NCBI GenBank assembly: GCA_964016885.1
Contig: OZ024764.1
Location: 20,956,001 to 21,020,000 of the forward strand
DNA length: 64,000 nucleotides
Reading direction: 5' to 3'
DNA from: Eledone cirrhosa
Taxonomy: Eukaryota
The notes under the pieces were generated by a model. The model was not told the DNA's origin. It worked only from the letters and a program-made list of their open reading frames with translations, and ran no database searches. Each line of letters opens with the position of its first letter. The stretch's first letter is position 1. Positions 14,550-28,690 of the stretch are shown one piece after another. The position numbers and the translations under genes are program-made.

Positions 14550-15385
14550 AACTCCCACTAAAAGATATCAATGACCTCAGTTTTTCACATAATTCACAGT
14601 TTTAATATTTTTCTCCTCTCAATATATGGATATTTTTCTTCTTTATGTTTATAATATTATTCCTAAAATATATTCCTCCAGATATATTTCTATCAACTTT
14701 GGTCTTTCTTTATATTTAAAGATGATACAAACTGTTTTGTACATCTCTACAAGTTTAATATACATATAAAATCATCTTGTACATATTCCAGACAGTGAAG
14801 AATCTAATTTGTCTGGTTTTTATTTGATTAGTTATTCCTGTAATAATGGAAATATTTCTACTCCTGTAGTTCCATCAACTATCATCTTTGTCAATATATG
14901 AAGATCTTACAAAATCATGTGTAAATTTCTTCTGCTTTATTTTGTATCTTCTACATATTCCGACAGCAAAGAATAGAAGTGTTATTGAGTTTACAAGAAA
15001 TATTTTCCAGTAATTCTCCCATAGATTTATATAAACAAGGTTGTATCTGTTCTGTATAACAGCTTTCTTTAGTCTTTAAATAATGGTGTTGATGAAACAA
15101 CTGATATAAAAGTGTTTTATCCTTTTCATACCAGTCTTTATATTTATCTAAAAACTTTCCATTGTAACTTCATGAGATTATGCAAAGTTATGTTCCAAAT
15201 AGCAGCTTAATACTGAGAAATATAGTTATATTATTAAATCCCTTCAAAGTGTTGAGTGTTTTCAAAATTATTTGAAAATGATGGGTAGTGTCTTTCATCA
15301 GAAATGGTTAATGTTGAGGATATGTCTGATGTAACGTGCTCTTTAATGACAATGTCCTCTGGTATTCTGAAATAATAAAAGAACA
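14550..15385 (-). promoter_or_regulatory. Putative splice acceptor and long 5' leader of the ZF1 exon
   Basis: TTCTTTTATTATTTCAG|AATACC (AG at 15367-15368), conserved upstream of ZF2 (26099), ZF4 (41399) and ZF6 (59106). The leader has no long ORF joined to the finger array. Confidence 0.55.
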
Positions 15386-15512
15386 TTATAAGATACTCAG
15401 AAACTTGTAATACATCAGTACAAATTTCATATAATACTTCTATATTGATAAATGGACTGTAATAAATACTAAGGCCTTCCTTGGTGAAGAATGTGCTGCC
15501 TAACATAGGTTA

Positions 15513-16665
15513 GTTATTAGTGACATTAGATTAAACTGACTGATAAAAGTAGTTATTAGTGACATTAGATTATACTGACTGATAAAAGTAGTTATTAGTG
15601 ACATTAGATTAAACTGACTGATAAAAGTAGTTATTAGTGACATTAGATTATACTGACTGATAAAAGTAGTTATTAGTGACATTAGATTATAGTGACTGAT
15701 AAAAGTAGTTATTAGTGACATTAGATTATACTGACTGATAAAAGTAGTTATTAGTGACATTAGATTATACTGACTGATAAAAGTAGTTATTAGTGACATT
15801 AGATTATACTGACTGATAAAAGTAGTTATTAGTGACATTAGATTAAACTGACTGATAAAAGTAGTTATTAGTGACATTAGATTATACTGACTGATAAAAG
15901 TAGTTATTAGTGACATTAGATTAAACTGACTGATAAAAGTAGTTATTAGTGACATTAGATTATACTGACTGATAAAAGTAGTTATTAGTGACATTAGATT
16001 ATACTGACTGATAAAAGTAGTTATTAGTGACATTAGATTAAACTGACTGATAAAAGTAGTTATTAGTGACTTTAGATTAAACTGACTGATAAAAGTAGTT
16101 ATTAGTGACATTAGATTAAACTGACTGATAAAAGTAGTTATTAGTGACTTTAGATTAAACTGACTGATAAAAGTAGTTATTAGTGACATTAGATTATACT
16201 GACTGATAAAAGTAGTTATTAGTGACATTAGATTAAACTGACAGATAAAAGTAGTTATTAGTGACATTAGATTATACTGACTGATAAAAGTAGTTATTAG
16301 TGACATTAGATTAAACTGACTGATAAAAGTAGTTATTAGTGACATTAGATTATACTGACTGATAAAAGTAGTTATTAGTGACATTAGATTATACTGACTG
16401 ATAAAAGTAGTTATTAGTGACATTAGATTATACTGACTGATAAAAGTAGTTATTAGTGACATTAGATTAAACTGACTGATAAAAGTAGTTATTAGTGACA
16501 TTAGATTATACTGACTGATAAAAGTAGTTATTAGTGACATTAGATTAAACTGACTGATAAAAGTAGTTATTAGTGACATTAGATTATACTGACTGATAAA
16601 AGTAGTTATTAGTGACATTAGATTAAACTGACTGATAAAAGTAGTTATTAGTGACATTAGATTAA
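15513..16665. repeat. 39-bp minisatellite, about 29 units
   Basis: Unit GTTATTAGTGACATTAGATTA(T/A)ACTGACTGATAAAAGTA. Confidence 0.97.
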
Positions 16666-16873
16666 CCCTTTAGTATTCACATTACTCTATATTTACTATT
16701 ATATTTTCACAGTAAATGCTTTATCTCACATAATATCAAATCTATGAGATTTTCATGTTATTTATTTTGAGAACAATACCTTAACATAAGTATAAGTGAC
16801 CAGTTACGGCCAGTTTGAACAGAAAGATGTGGGAGAAGTCTGGCCAGATATGGCCAGTTTATATACTAAAGGG
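16666..16873. mobile_element. piggyBac-type MITE
   Basis: TTAA TSDs at 16662-16665 and 16874-16877; TIR CCCTTTAGTAT/ATACTAAAGGG; copy at 59976-60181. Confidence 0.8.
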
Positions 16874-16877
16874 TTAA

Positions 16878-17505
16878 AGAAATTAGGTGTAGAAGAATGG
16901 CTTGTGAGAAGCTGTCAGTAAAGTGTGTTTAGTGAGGAATTGAAGGTACAGGTAGGAGTTCATCATGGTTTAGTTCTTAGCCCACTGTTGTTCATCATAG
17001 TTCTCCAAGCCATAACAGAGAGGTTTAAGACTGGCTGTCTATGGAAACTTCTCTATGTAGATGACCAGCTATAGATATAGAATTTGAAATGGTAAGTTCT
17101 GAGAATATACTTAGCCAAAACTAAAGTGGTCATGGATAGGAGAGAAGACCCTGACCCCTTCAGGAAAGTGGCCCTGCTCCATATGTAGAAAAGGAATAAG
17201 TAGAGGTAACCACAATGACAGAGACCTAGTTATAATAGCAGGGGACTTCAATGGTCATGTTGGACAGCTCCAGGATGGATACACTGGGGTACATGGTGGT
17301 CATGGTTATGGCTCAAGAAACGATGAAGGAGTGACGCTTCTTGTATTTTGTGATGCAAGTGAACTAACCATTTGCAACACTTCAAGAAACCTACCAACCA
17401 CCTAATAACCTACCAATCAGGTGAGCACATGAGACAGATTGACTTCTTTCTAGTTAGGGAGTAAGACAGATAGATGGTGTCAAATACTAAGGCATACCCC
17501 AGGGA
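16878..17505 (+). mobile_element. Scrambled RTE LINE remnants (RT piece followed by APE piece)
   Basis: KLGVEEWL, VGVHHGLVLSPLLFIIVLQAITERFKTGC, then IAGDFNGHVGQLQDGYTGVHGGHGYG; paralog at 60186-60760. Confidence 0.75.
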
Positions 17506-17864
17506 ACAAAGTAGCAGGAAACGACTAGATTTGTAGATAAAGAAGTGGGAGACAGGATTATCAGAGTTAAGAAGAGCTACACACTTCTCCAGTTGGCTGG
17601 GAAATAATTATCTTTCCTTAATTTTATTTCTCGACCTCTTAGATGTTTGCAATCGACTTTTCTTCCTGAAAACGGAAACCCTACCTCTAATACTGGGGAA
17701 TAAAACGTCTATCGCAAGTATCTAAGGGGTCCAGAGAAAAAATACTGGAAAAGGGGTATAGCAAGAATTCTAAGAAAAATAATTATTCTCACCCAACGTG
17801 AGGTGTGAGTAGATCTGTGAAACTACATCTCTTTGTATACTTTCACCCTACTTTTTCTACAAAT

Positions 17865-18035
17865 CTAGTCATTTCAGTGAGGGTACCTGGTTATTTCAGC
17901 ACCGTAGCCTCACCTTACTGAGGTGTCAGGTGATACCCGTGAGGGTACCTGGTTATTTCAGCACCTTAGCCTCACCATCACCCGTTGTAATGCTGCCAGT
18001 GTGTTGGCTTGCCTCAAAGTGTGTAGTTAACCCCT
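17865..18035 (+). mobile_element. CRE-like RLE 3' fragment with two 62-bp repeat units
   Basis: TEVSGDTREGTWLFQHLSLTITRCNAASVLACLK; inverted homolog of 18408-18530. Confidence 0.7.
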
Positions 18036-18289
18036 AGGGTGTGAGGTGTGGCCTATTATCACACTATAAATTCAATTTATTCACGTTTATAATAACATAT
18101 ATAATGACACAATGCTTAGAGGAAAGTCATAGCATCACTTATATCAACACAAGTGGATAAGTTCCTTCAGAATGAAAATATAAACAGAGCATATAAATAA
18201 ATTTACAGTAGAATAACATAAGAAATATGTTTTAAATATATAAATAACATTACAAATGCCTCGGTAACACTATAAAGGATGATACAATG

Positions 18290-21200
18290 AAAGATAAATT
18301 CCTTCAATGTTGCAATATTAAAGAAAATGTAAAGGAAGGGGTGGACAACGGAGCCAACACCAGAGCAAAAGACAGCAACGAGGGGTACTGGGAAACCTCT
18401 CTAATGAGTTTTGAGACAAGCCAGCACACTGGCAGTGTTACATCGGGTGATGGCGAGGCTGAGGTGCTGAAACAGCCAAGCGCCCTCGCGATTTCGCCAG
18501 TTACATCTACAAGGCGAGCCGCCAGTGAGGAAAGGAACCTCGCAGTCAGCGGCCCGACTCCCCCAAATGTGTCGAAAGCCACAGACTGAAAAATGTAGCT
18601 GGCCGACAGATCAGAGTATTTGAGGGTCTTACTCCGCTCGGCTGCCGAAGCTGTGGCTCTCGTCCTTACCGCAGAATCAAGGATGTGGGAAAGAGCAAAG
18701 GAGTCACAAACAGTGACGTCCCAGATTAAGCACCTGCATCTCGACCAGGGGCACAGGGTAAGGCCGTCAGGTCTTTTGCCGTCACTTCTGGACAACCCAG
18801 ATGGTTCCAAGACCGAGGGGATGTTTGCCCGGGCCAAAGCTCTCTTCAGAATAAAGTTTAGCTCCGTGTGACGGGCAAAGTGGCCGGCATTCAGGCAGCA
18901 AGAAAGACTGTGGGGGCCTGTGGAGTCGAGGAGTTAGCCACATCTCAAACCCATGCAGACGTCAGCTCCCACTCTGAGGGTGATGGAGACACGAAGTTCA
19001 TCCAGGCTGAGTAGGCCTCCAACGTTGGCCACGGGTAAGGCATCGACCCAGTCACCGGAGTATTTGGCACTGGCAGATGGTAAGCGGCACCTTGCAAACT
19101 GATCTGAGAGGACAAAGAGGGAGTCGAAGGTGGCATTCCAACGTATCCTGTCCCAAGTTCTCTGACTTCGACTGTCCTCCACCTTCTCAGGAAGAGACAA
19201 GCCCAACTCACTTCATTGCTGGAGAGCTTCACACAACTCCCTGTTGGAACTAGTCCATGTTGGAGAGGAGAGGATGCTGCAAGCTTGGGTGGAGGAAAGG
19301 AAGCAGGGGGGAGAGAGGGACGAACACTTACTAACATTGACCAGACACTCGAGTCCCTCGAAGATTAGGTCGTCGAAGCGTTGGAGGCAGGATGGAAATC
19401 TGTGAGAGGGGCTGACTCTGAGCAGATACAGAAGCTTAGGAATAGACAGGTAGTTCCTGAGTAAGAAGAAACCTTGATGGGGTTCGATATCTTCAATATT
19501 CCTCAGCAGCTGCTAAAGGCCAACCATCTTCGATTGGATGGTTGACTCGAAGGCCAGGTCTGTGATCGGGGCTCCTAAGGAGCACCAAGCCGACGGGGGA
19601 GGGACCGTGATGGAAGGGAAGGACTCTGCGAACAGGTCGATCAGCTGTTGGTGTTAAGAAGCCGGGTGGTTGAGGATCCAGAGCTCACATTTGGAGCTAT
19701 TGATCTGGAGATCCCGGCGCCAAGCTCCTCCACCATCCTGTTGGCAGTGGCGAGAACCATATCCGGAGTTCCCCCCAAACAGGCGTCGTCGAGCTACCAG
19801 ACATTGAGGTCCAACTCAGCCCCCATCATGGTGACGCCATCAATGTCCAGTGCGGGGGGGGGGTCCCCGAGTGGGTCACCCTGTTGGACTCCGGAAGCAG
19901 AGGTGATGATCTGGTCACTGAAAGAGAGGTAGGAGGGCTCCCGATAAGCCTGCCAAGCAAAGTGGTAGATTTGTGGGACCCTCTCTCTTACTGAGCCGAG
20001 GACGATGTTACGGCTGACGGAGTTGAAGGCATTCCTGAGGTCAAGTTTGAGGATGACCTTGGGGGATGAGGAGGGCAAGTTGGCAAATGTTCTGGCAGCG
20101 TGGACAGCAGCCACACATCCCAACCTGGTACCCACCCACAGCTGGATGGGGGAAAATTCCTCCGCCAGTGGGTTGGAGACCAACAGCAATCACGCCTTTG
20201 CAGTGAGGCGGCGAGGTGTGCAGCCAACCGCAATGCGGCGCAGGTCCCCGTTGGGCTTGGTGAGACCAAATAGCTTCGCACCGAAGAACAGTGGGCGGAT
20301 GAACGGGAGAACGTTCACTGATTCACAAACTGAGTCAGACTCTCCAAGAGCTCGAGTCCGGCATCACCGGCCGATAAGGAGATACCATCCTTGAGGTGTT
20401 GAGGACGAAGGATGTCAATTCCCGCGCCTGACCCAGCGGGGAAGGATGAAATCGCCTTTCTGATGATATTGGTGGTGTAAACCGGTCTCAAGTATTCTGG
20501 TGGTTCGGGCCAGTGTTGCTGATCATCTGGGGGTGCTTCTCTTTCAGACGCTCACGAGAGTCAGAGTTGCATGGAGCAAGGGAGGACAGCCCCTTTAATG
20601 TCAAGTTCGGTGAATTTGGCATTGACGGCTCGCTTGAGGTCTACCGGTTGTCTGTTGGTGGACACCGAGCTCGGAGACGAACTGAGATGAGACGTGGTTG
20701 GGGTGGACTAAAACAGCTGGACCTGCCGCTTGAGAGAGGACTTGAGGGAACCCGAGTTCGCATTGTGCACTTGAAGAGAGATGAGGGGAAACAAAAACAA
20801 TTTCTGCCAGTCTATTGTTGGACGAGCAAACGTTTTTCAGTAAATTAGAGAGGGCACCTGCAAAGCTGTTCCGAGCTCCCTTAAGGGTCCGGTTAACGAG
20901 CTTTGATTTGGAGAAGCCCTGGGGGGGACTGTGGCAAAGTCGTTGGTAGAGTGTTGGTCATCTCCACGGAATAGTCGGAGCTGAAGTGGCACCGATGACA
21001 GGTCCAGTGTTGAAGCCTTTCGGCTTGAGCTTTGGTGATGCCGACACAGCTTCTGTGGTAGCTTGCGTGGCATAGGTGACATTTAATTGTCTTTAAGTAC
21101 TGGTTAGTGCGGGCACAGAGGGCGCAATCAGGTGGCGGGCTGGCAACAGCCGGCAGTAGAGGGCCAGCGTTGGAATTCGGTGAAGGGAGTGAGTCAGTAA

Positions 21201-21820
21201 AGGAGACAACAGTAGTTCTAACGGTGGGACTAAAGCGGGGGTTGGGTAGTGAGCTAACAGTTGTAGGGGTGGTGTGGTTGGCCGGGTTGGATTCGTTCGG
21301 AATCTGCCGTGAAGGAGAGGAGGCGTAGGTGGGGGCAAGTTAACACCTCTCGTGCGTGCTGCAGTTGGTGGAGAATGAGAGGTCGAAGGCTGACCGGTTG
21401 TCACATAGTCGTTCCACCAAGCAGGTCTCTTGGTCGTTCGACGCATGCCACCGCCACCTAGAGTGGACTAGGTTAAAGTGGTGGCAACTTTAGCAATCGG
21501 CAATCGCCGGTAATAGTTCGGTCGAAACATCGGGCCACCGGCGGGTTCAACGAATACCTAGGTGGGCTGTGCGCGAGGAGGAAGTAAGGGTTGAGCAAGG
21601 GGAGGGATGGAAGGTGGAGAAGGAGTGAGAAGATGATGAGTGCGTGGAGAGGAGTGTGGTCATGTGAGAGGCAGATAAATACAGTGGGAGAGAAAGAGCA
21701 CTGAACGTGCAAAGAGAAGGAAAATAAAAACGCTAGAAATACAAAATCTAAGGCTGTGAGTTTGTGTAATAGTTCGCATGGGTAAATCCGCAGTAAAAAC
21801 CGAAATTGTGAGTTTGTGTA
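18290..21820 (-). mobile_element. CRE-clade-like non-LTR retrotransposon (PHD + RT + CCHC + RLE), near full length, degenerate
   Basis: IAVGCT..RRL, KLDLRNAFNSVSR, SGVQQGDPLG, NVW*LDD, degenerate CCHC (RCG*LLDSTGPHSLSC), RLE KRPDGLTLCPW...WDVTVCD...FDTFGGVGP. PHD finger at 20989-21126. Clade assignment is from motif memory, not a search. Confidence 0.8.
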
Positions 21821-22215
21821 AAAAAGAAAAAAGAAAAAAAACATGGTCAAGACTTAAGTAAAATCAAAACCTGAATGATAGTGATACAAGATGTTTACAA
21901 TTACGGAGTGATTACATTACTGGACCTGAATTCTATCAAGTGGTCAAAGCTTCTAATTCTGTGAAATAGAATGGAAGTATGGATTGACCTTTCAGTCACA
22001 CCTGACTATAAATAGATTCAGGTTATTTCAAGAGGGAGATGGGATGGTTCCTCGCCATTTATAATTATTTATATTTCATATTTGGGGGGTTTGATTTTGA
22101 AAAATTGTAAGTGTATGTTACGGAGGAAAGTATAATTGTGTGATACAATTGCTCCAGGTTGGTTCCCTACGTTGTTGCCACAAACAATTCTTTTTTCCTC
22201 CGAACATCTGTTTAT

Positions 22216-23064
22216 ATTACAGCGTGGACTGTGTTTTTTTTTGTCGTGAGACCTACACGATCTCATTCGTTTCGGCCTGGATTTTGTGGCACCAACATAA
22301 CTTTACATTGAAAGGGGCGGTGTGGATGGGGTGGGGGTGTATTTTGTTAGAGATGCCTACTGACTGTAGTAGGTTTTACTTTGTATTTAGGTAAGGCGGG
22401 TCTTCTCTATTACTGAGTACCGCCAAAACTCTCAGTCCAGTGACATTGTCTCATTGTCTTGGAGAGGTGTAAGTGTGTGAGGTCGGAATTTATCAGCTCG
22501 TCCCAGGTTTTTCTGGGTCTGCCTACTCCGTGGCTACCGTCTATCTTTATTGCCCTGCACTTTGCTATACAGCTGTCGTCTTTCATGCGCATCACGTGAC
22601 CATACCAACGTAGCCTTCTCTCGAGTAAACAACATCTGATCCCTCTTATTTCTAATTTTTTCCTTAGTTCGTTTATGCTTTGCCGTTCGCGTATATTACT
22701 ATTACACATCCAGCGGAGCATGCAAGCTTCGTTCCTCTCTAGTCTGCGTATATCCTCTGCACACAATGCCCAGGTCTCACTGCCATGCAACACTGCTGTT
22801 CGTATGCAGGCATCATACAACCTGCCTTTCATTTTTAGGGAGAACCCTTTAGCGGCTAATAGTGGTATAAGCTCTCTGAACTTTTTCCATCCAGTTCTGA
22901 CTCTAGCTACTGTACTTTCGGAGCACCCTCCCCCACTGCTGATTTTGTCACCCAGGTAACGGAAGCTGTCCACTATTTCTATAGAACCCTCTGCGCAGTT
23001 GAAAGAGCTAGTATTTTGTGGGCACTTGCTGCTACTTATTGCACCAGAGCACCGGCCACATGTA
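22216..23064 (-). mobile_element. RTE LINE 3' fragment, paralogous to 41783-45155
   Basis: ORF 22410-22973 (DSFRYLGDKI...LHGSETW...RRLRWYGHVMRM); joined to the 82-bp minisatellite, as is the longer copy. Confidence 0.9.
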
Positions 23065-23282
23065 AGACAACCTAAATAAAGGGTAGGGATAGTAAAAGAT
23101 CTCCCTGTTAAATATAAGATCTAGAGGGACTGTGAGAGAGGTACAAGACAATCTAACAAAAGGGGTAAGGACAGTAAAAGATCTCCCTGTTAAATATAAG
23201 ATCTAGAGGGACTGTGAGAGAGGTACAAGACAATCTAACAAAAGGGTAGGGACAGTAAAAGATCTCCCTCTTAAATATAAAT
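23065..23282. repeat. 82-bp minisatellite, about 2.7 units
   Basis: Unit AAGATCTAGAGGGACTGTGAGAGAGGTACAAGACAACCTAGAGAAAAGGGTAGGGACAGTAAAAGATCTCCCTGTTAAATAT. Confidence 0.9.
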
Positions 23283-24078
23283 TCAGAGATGTTCTACATG
23301 ATACATATGATAAGGAGGAGGAGATTGATAGCTATGACATAAAAGATATCTGGAAGTTTCTTTCAGACAGCCTGTTGTGAACCACTGATGAGATCTGTAG
23401 CTGATGTAAGCTGCCAGCCAGATGAATGTTGCCTTGGTGATGGAATAGAACAGTAGATAGAAGCCGACCGTACCCAATTACACCTCTGTATTACAACCGT
23501 GACCTCTGGCCAATGCTAGCGTGGAAGAACGGACGTAAAACGGTGATGATGATGATGATGATGATGATAGAAGTTGAAATCTAAAACACCTGAAGAGAAC
23601 AACAATATCAAATAGTTAAAATGGAAGCTAGATATTGGGCTTACAAATTATTGATTTCTGTTGTTATTGTTAAAATCTGTTTAATCTGTGATATTTGAGA
23701 CAATGTACAGGACAATAGAATTAATATCAATGTCTGACTAGCAACAACAATTTTCATTTTATTGGCAGGTTTAAATTACAGAAGTTCCCAACCTTTACTA
23801 AAAATACAAATATATATCTTACCTGTTAAAGTATAATAAATCAAAGTTTAATGTGAAAAACTTTAATTTACACAAAATCTTCAAACACTGCTTCAAAAAT
23901 GGAAACCCGGTGTTTATGATCCCTGTCATAGGTAAAACCTACAAGGTTATCCCCAGTTTTAGCAAGGATGATGGATCTACACAATTGTTGTTGTTGTTGT
24001 AGTGTGATGTAATGAGTTTGATATTGATACAGCTAAACTTCTGTATGAATACACACATGCTTGGTTAAGGTACTACTG

Positions 24079-25299
<1,221 letters not shown>

Positions 25300-26243
25300 T
25301 CAATCACCTCAGTTTCTCACATAATTCACAGTTTTAATATTTTTCTCCTCGCAATATATGGATATTTTTCTTCTTTATGTTTATAATATTATTCCTAAAA
25401 CATATTCCTCCAGATATATTTCCATCAACTTGGTCTTTCTTTATATTTAAAGATGATAGAAACTGTTTTGTAGATCTCTTCAAGTTTAATATACATATAA
25501 AATCATCTTGTACATATTCCAGACAGTGAAGAATCTAATTTTTCTAGTTTTCATTTGATTAGTTATTCCTGTAATAATGGAAATATTTCTACTCCTGTAG
25601 TTCCATCTACTATCATCTTTGTCAATATATGAAGATCTTACAAAATCATGTGTAAATTTCTTCAGCTTTATTTTGTATCTTCTACATATTCCAGACAGCA
25701 AAGAATAGAAGGGTTATTGAGTTTACAAGAAATATTTCACAGTATTTCTCCCATAGATTTATATAAACAAGGTTGTATCTGTTCTGTATAACAGCTTCCT
25801 TTAATCTTTAAATAATAGTGTTGATGAAACAACTGATATAAAAGTGTTTTATCCTTTTCATACCAGTCTTTATATTTATCTAAAAACTTTCCATTGTAAC
25901 TTCATGAGATTGTGCAAAGTTATGTTCCAAATAGCAGCTTAATACTGAGAAATTTAGTTATATTATTAAATCCCTTCAAAGTGTTGAGTGTTTTCAAAAT
26001 TATTTGAAAATGATGGGTAGTGTCTTTCATTAGAAATGGTTAATGTTGAGGATATGGCTGATGTAACGTGCTCTTTAATGCCAATGTCCTCTGGTATTCT
26101 GAAATAATAAAAGAACATTATAAGATACTCAGAAACTTGTAATACATCAGTACAAATTTCATATAATATTTCTATATTGATAAATGGACTGTAATAAATA
26201 CTAAGGCCTTCTTTGGTGAAGAATGTGCTGACTAACATAGGTT

Positions 26244-26671
26244 AGTTATTAGTGACATTAGATTAAACTGACTGATAAAAGTAGTTATTAGTGACATTAG
26301 ATTAAACTGACTGATAAAAGTAGTTATTAGTGACATTATATTAAACTGACTAATAAAGTAGTTATTAGTGAGATTAGATTAAACTGACTGATAAAAGTAG
26401 TTATTAGTGAGATTAGATTATACTGACTGATAAAGGTAGTTATTAGTTAGATTAGATTATACTGACTGATAAAAGTAGTTATTAGTGAGATTAGATTATA
26501 CTGACTGATAAAAGTAGTTATTAGTGACATTAGATTATACTGACTGATAAAAGTAGTTACTAGCGACATTAGATTAAACTGACAGATAAAAGTAGTTATT
26601 AGTGACATTAGATTAAACTGACAGATAAAAGTAGTTATTAGTGACATTAGATTAAACTGACTGATAAAAGT
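26244..26671. repeat. 39-bp minisatellite, about 11 units
   Basis: Same unit as 15513-16665; fused directly to the CRE-like 5' fragment. Confidence 0.95.
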
Positions 26672-27562
26672 CGTCGGAGTTGTGGAAAGTCGTCGGTAGA
26701 GTGTTGGTCATTCCCACGGAATAGTCGGAGCTGAAGTGGCAGGTCCAGTGTTGAAGCCTTTCGGCTTGAGCTTTGGTGATGCCGACACAGCTTCTGTGGT
26801 AGCTTGCGTGGCATAGGTGACATTTAATTGTCTTTAAGTACTGGTTAGTGCGGGCACAGAGGGCGCAATCAGGTGGCGGGCTGGCAACAGCCGGCAGTAG
26901 AGGGCCAGCGTTGGAATTCGGTGAAGGGAGTGAGTCAGTAAAGGAGACAGCAGTGGTTCTAACGGTGGGACTAAAGCGGGGGTTGGGTAGTGAGCTAACA
27001 GTTGTAGGGGTGGTGTGGTTGGCCGGGTTAGATTCGTTCGAAATCTGCCGTGAAGGAGAGGAGGGGTAGGTGGGGTCAAGTTAGCTCCTCTCGTGCGTGC
27101 TGCAGTTGGTGGAGAATGAGAGGTCGAAGGCTGACCGGTTGTCACATAGTCGTTCCACCAAGCAGGTCTCTTGGTCGTTCAACGCATGCCACCGCCACCT
27201 AGAGTGGACTAGGTTAAAGTGGTGGCAACTTTAGCAATCGGCAATCGCCGGTGATAGTTCGGTCGAAACATCGGGCCACCGGCGGGTTGAACGAATACCT
27301 AGGTGGGCTGTGCGCGAGGAGGAAGTAAGGGTTGAGCAAGGGGAGGGATGGAAGGTGTAGAAGGAGTGAGAAGATGATGAGTGCGTGGAGAGGAGTGTGG
27401 TCATGTGGGAGGCAGATAAATACAGTGGGAGAGAAAGAGCACTGAACATGCAAAGAGAAGGAAAATAAAAACGCTAGAAATACAAAATCTAAGGCTGTGA
27501 GTTTGTGTAATAGTTCGCATGGGTAAATCCGCAGTAAAAACCGAAATTGTGAGTTTGTGTAA
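26672..27562 (-). mobile_element. 5' portion of the CRE-like element (duplicate)
   Basis: Near-identical to 20925-21820; a small deletion removes the end of the PHD finger. Confidence 0.85.
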
Positions 27563-28537
27563 AAAAGAAAAAAAAAAAAAAAACATGGGCAAGACTTAAA
27601 ATCAAAACCTGAATGATAGTGATACAAGATGTTTACAATTACGGAGTGATTACATTACTGGACCTGAATTCTATCAAGTGGTCAAAGCTTCTAATTCTGT
27701 GAAATAGAATAGAAGTATGGATTGACCTTTCAGTCACACCTGACTATAAATAGATTCAGGTTATTTCAAGAGGGAGATGGGATGGTTCCTCGCCATTTAT
27801 AATTATTTATATTTTATATTTGGGGGGTTTGATTTTGAAAAATTGTAAGTGTATGTTAAGGAGGAAAGTATAATTGTGTGATACAATTGCTCCAGGTTGG
27901 TTCCCTACGTTGTTGCCACAAACAATTCTTTTTTCCTCCGAACATCTGTTATTCCTCTCCGTAGATTATAAATGGTAAAATCCGTTCGATCCAACCGAAT
28001 GGAAAATCCAGTTCCTTGAAGAATATTTTGAGTTGTCTCGGACAAAGCAAAAAAAGGGGAAAGTTGAAAATGTTTACCTCGTTTGGTGGTCAATTGCCAT
28101 CTCCCACTGTGTTTTTCTTTCCTTTATCATTATTGTTCAATGAATTATATTATTATACACAGTTTAGACAATATATTTGTAATGTCTTTCTCAAGGAATT
28201 GCCAGCAATTTATAATGTTATTTACACACTTATGTTATTTATGTATATATTTAAAACATATTTACAACGTTATTCTACTGTAAATTTATACAATTGTAAT
28301 AAAATATATTAATTATATCATCACATAATATAAAAACGACCTTTAGAATATTTAAATATTTAGTTTTGTTAATTTATTTTTCAGCAACAACAAAAGTTTT
28401 CACTTTAATTAATTAGAGGTAGGTAAAATATAGATAATTACGATAACATTTTATATTTCCAGTAATGAAACAAACAAGAAAATATATATTTGTGATGTGA
28501 AAAGTGAGCTTAAATCTACAATATTAATAGACATAAT

Positions 28538-28690
28538 ACTTACATTATAGTCTCAGGTGTTTAGTATTTACAGAAATGTTTTGTAAATGTTGTCGTAGGA
28601 AGACTAACACGTGGACAGGAAGTCGACAACTGCACCACTGCGCATGCTTCAATGTCAAAGGTCAAGTTTTTTTGTGACGTAAAATATTTT
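28538..28690 (-). promoter_or_regulatory. Putative promoter, short non-coding exon 1 and splice donor for ZF2
   Basis: CACGTG at 28608, CAGGAAGT at 28616, TGCGCATGC at 28639, TGACGT at 28675; minus-strand donor TAAT|GTAAGT at 28538-28543. Conserved in three copies. Confidence 0.55.

Noticed and set aside
15234-15506. 90-aa ORF conserved upstream of ZF1, ZF2 and ZF6 as an effector-domain exon
   Set aside because: It straddles the putative acceptor, stops before the finger array and shows no recognisable domain; recent duplication explains the conservation.
15500-16657. 385-aa ORF of (SLITTFISQYNLM)n, also at 59239-59967
   Set aside because: A 39-bp unit with no stop in one frame gives a long ORF automatically; the copy at 26.3 kb is frameshifted.
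21560-21600. CCTCCTCGCG in the CRE-like 5' region suggesting an HDV-like ribozyme
   Set aside because: I could not build the P3/P1 pairings around it; only generic hairpins lie nearby.
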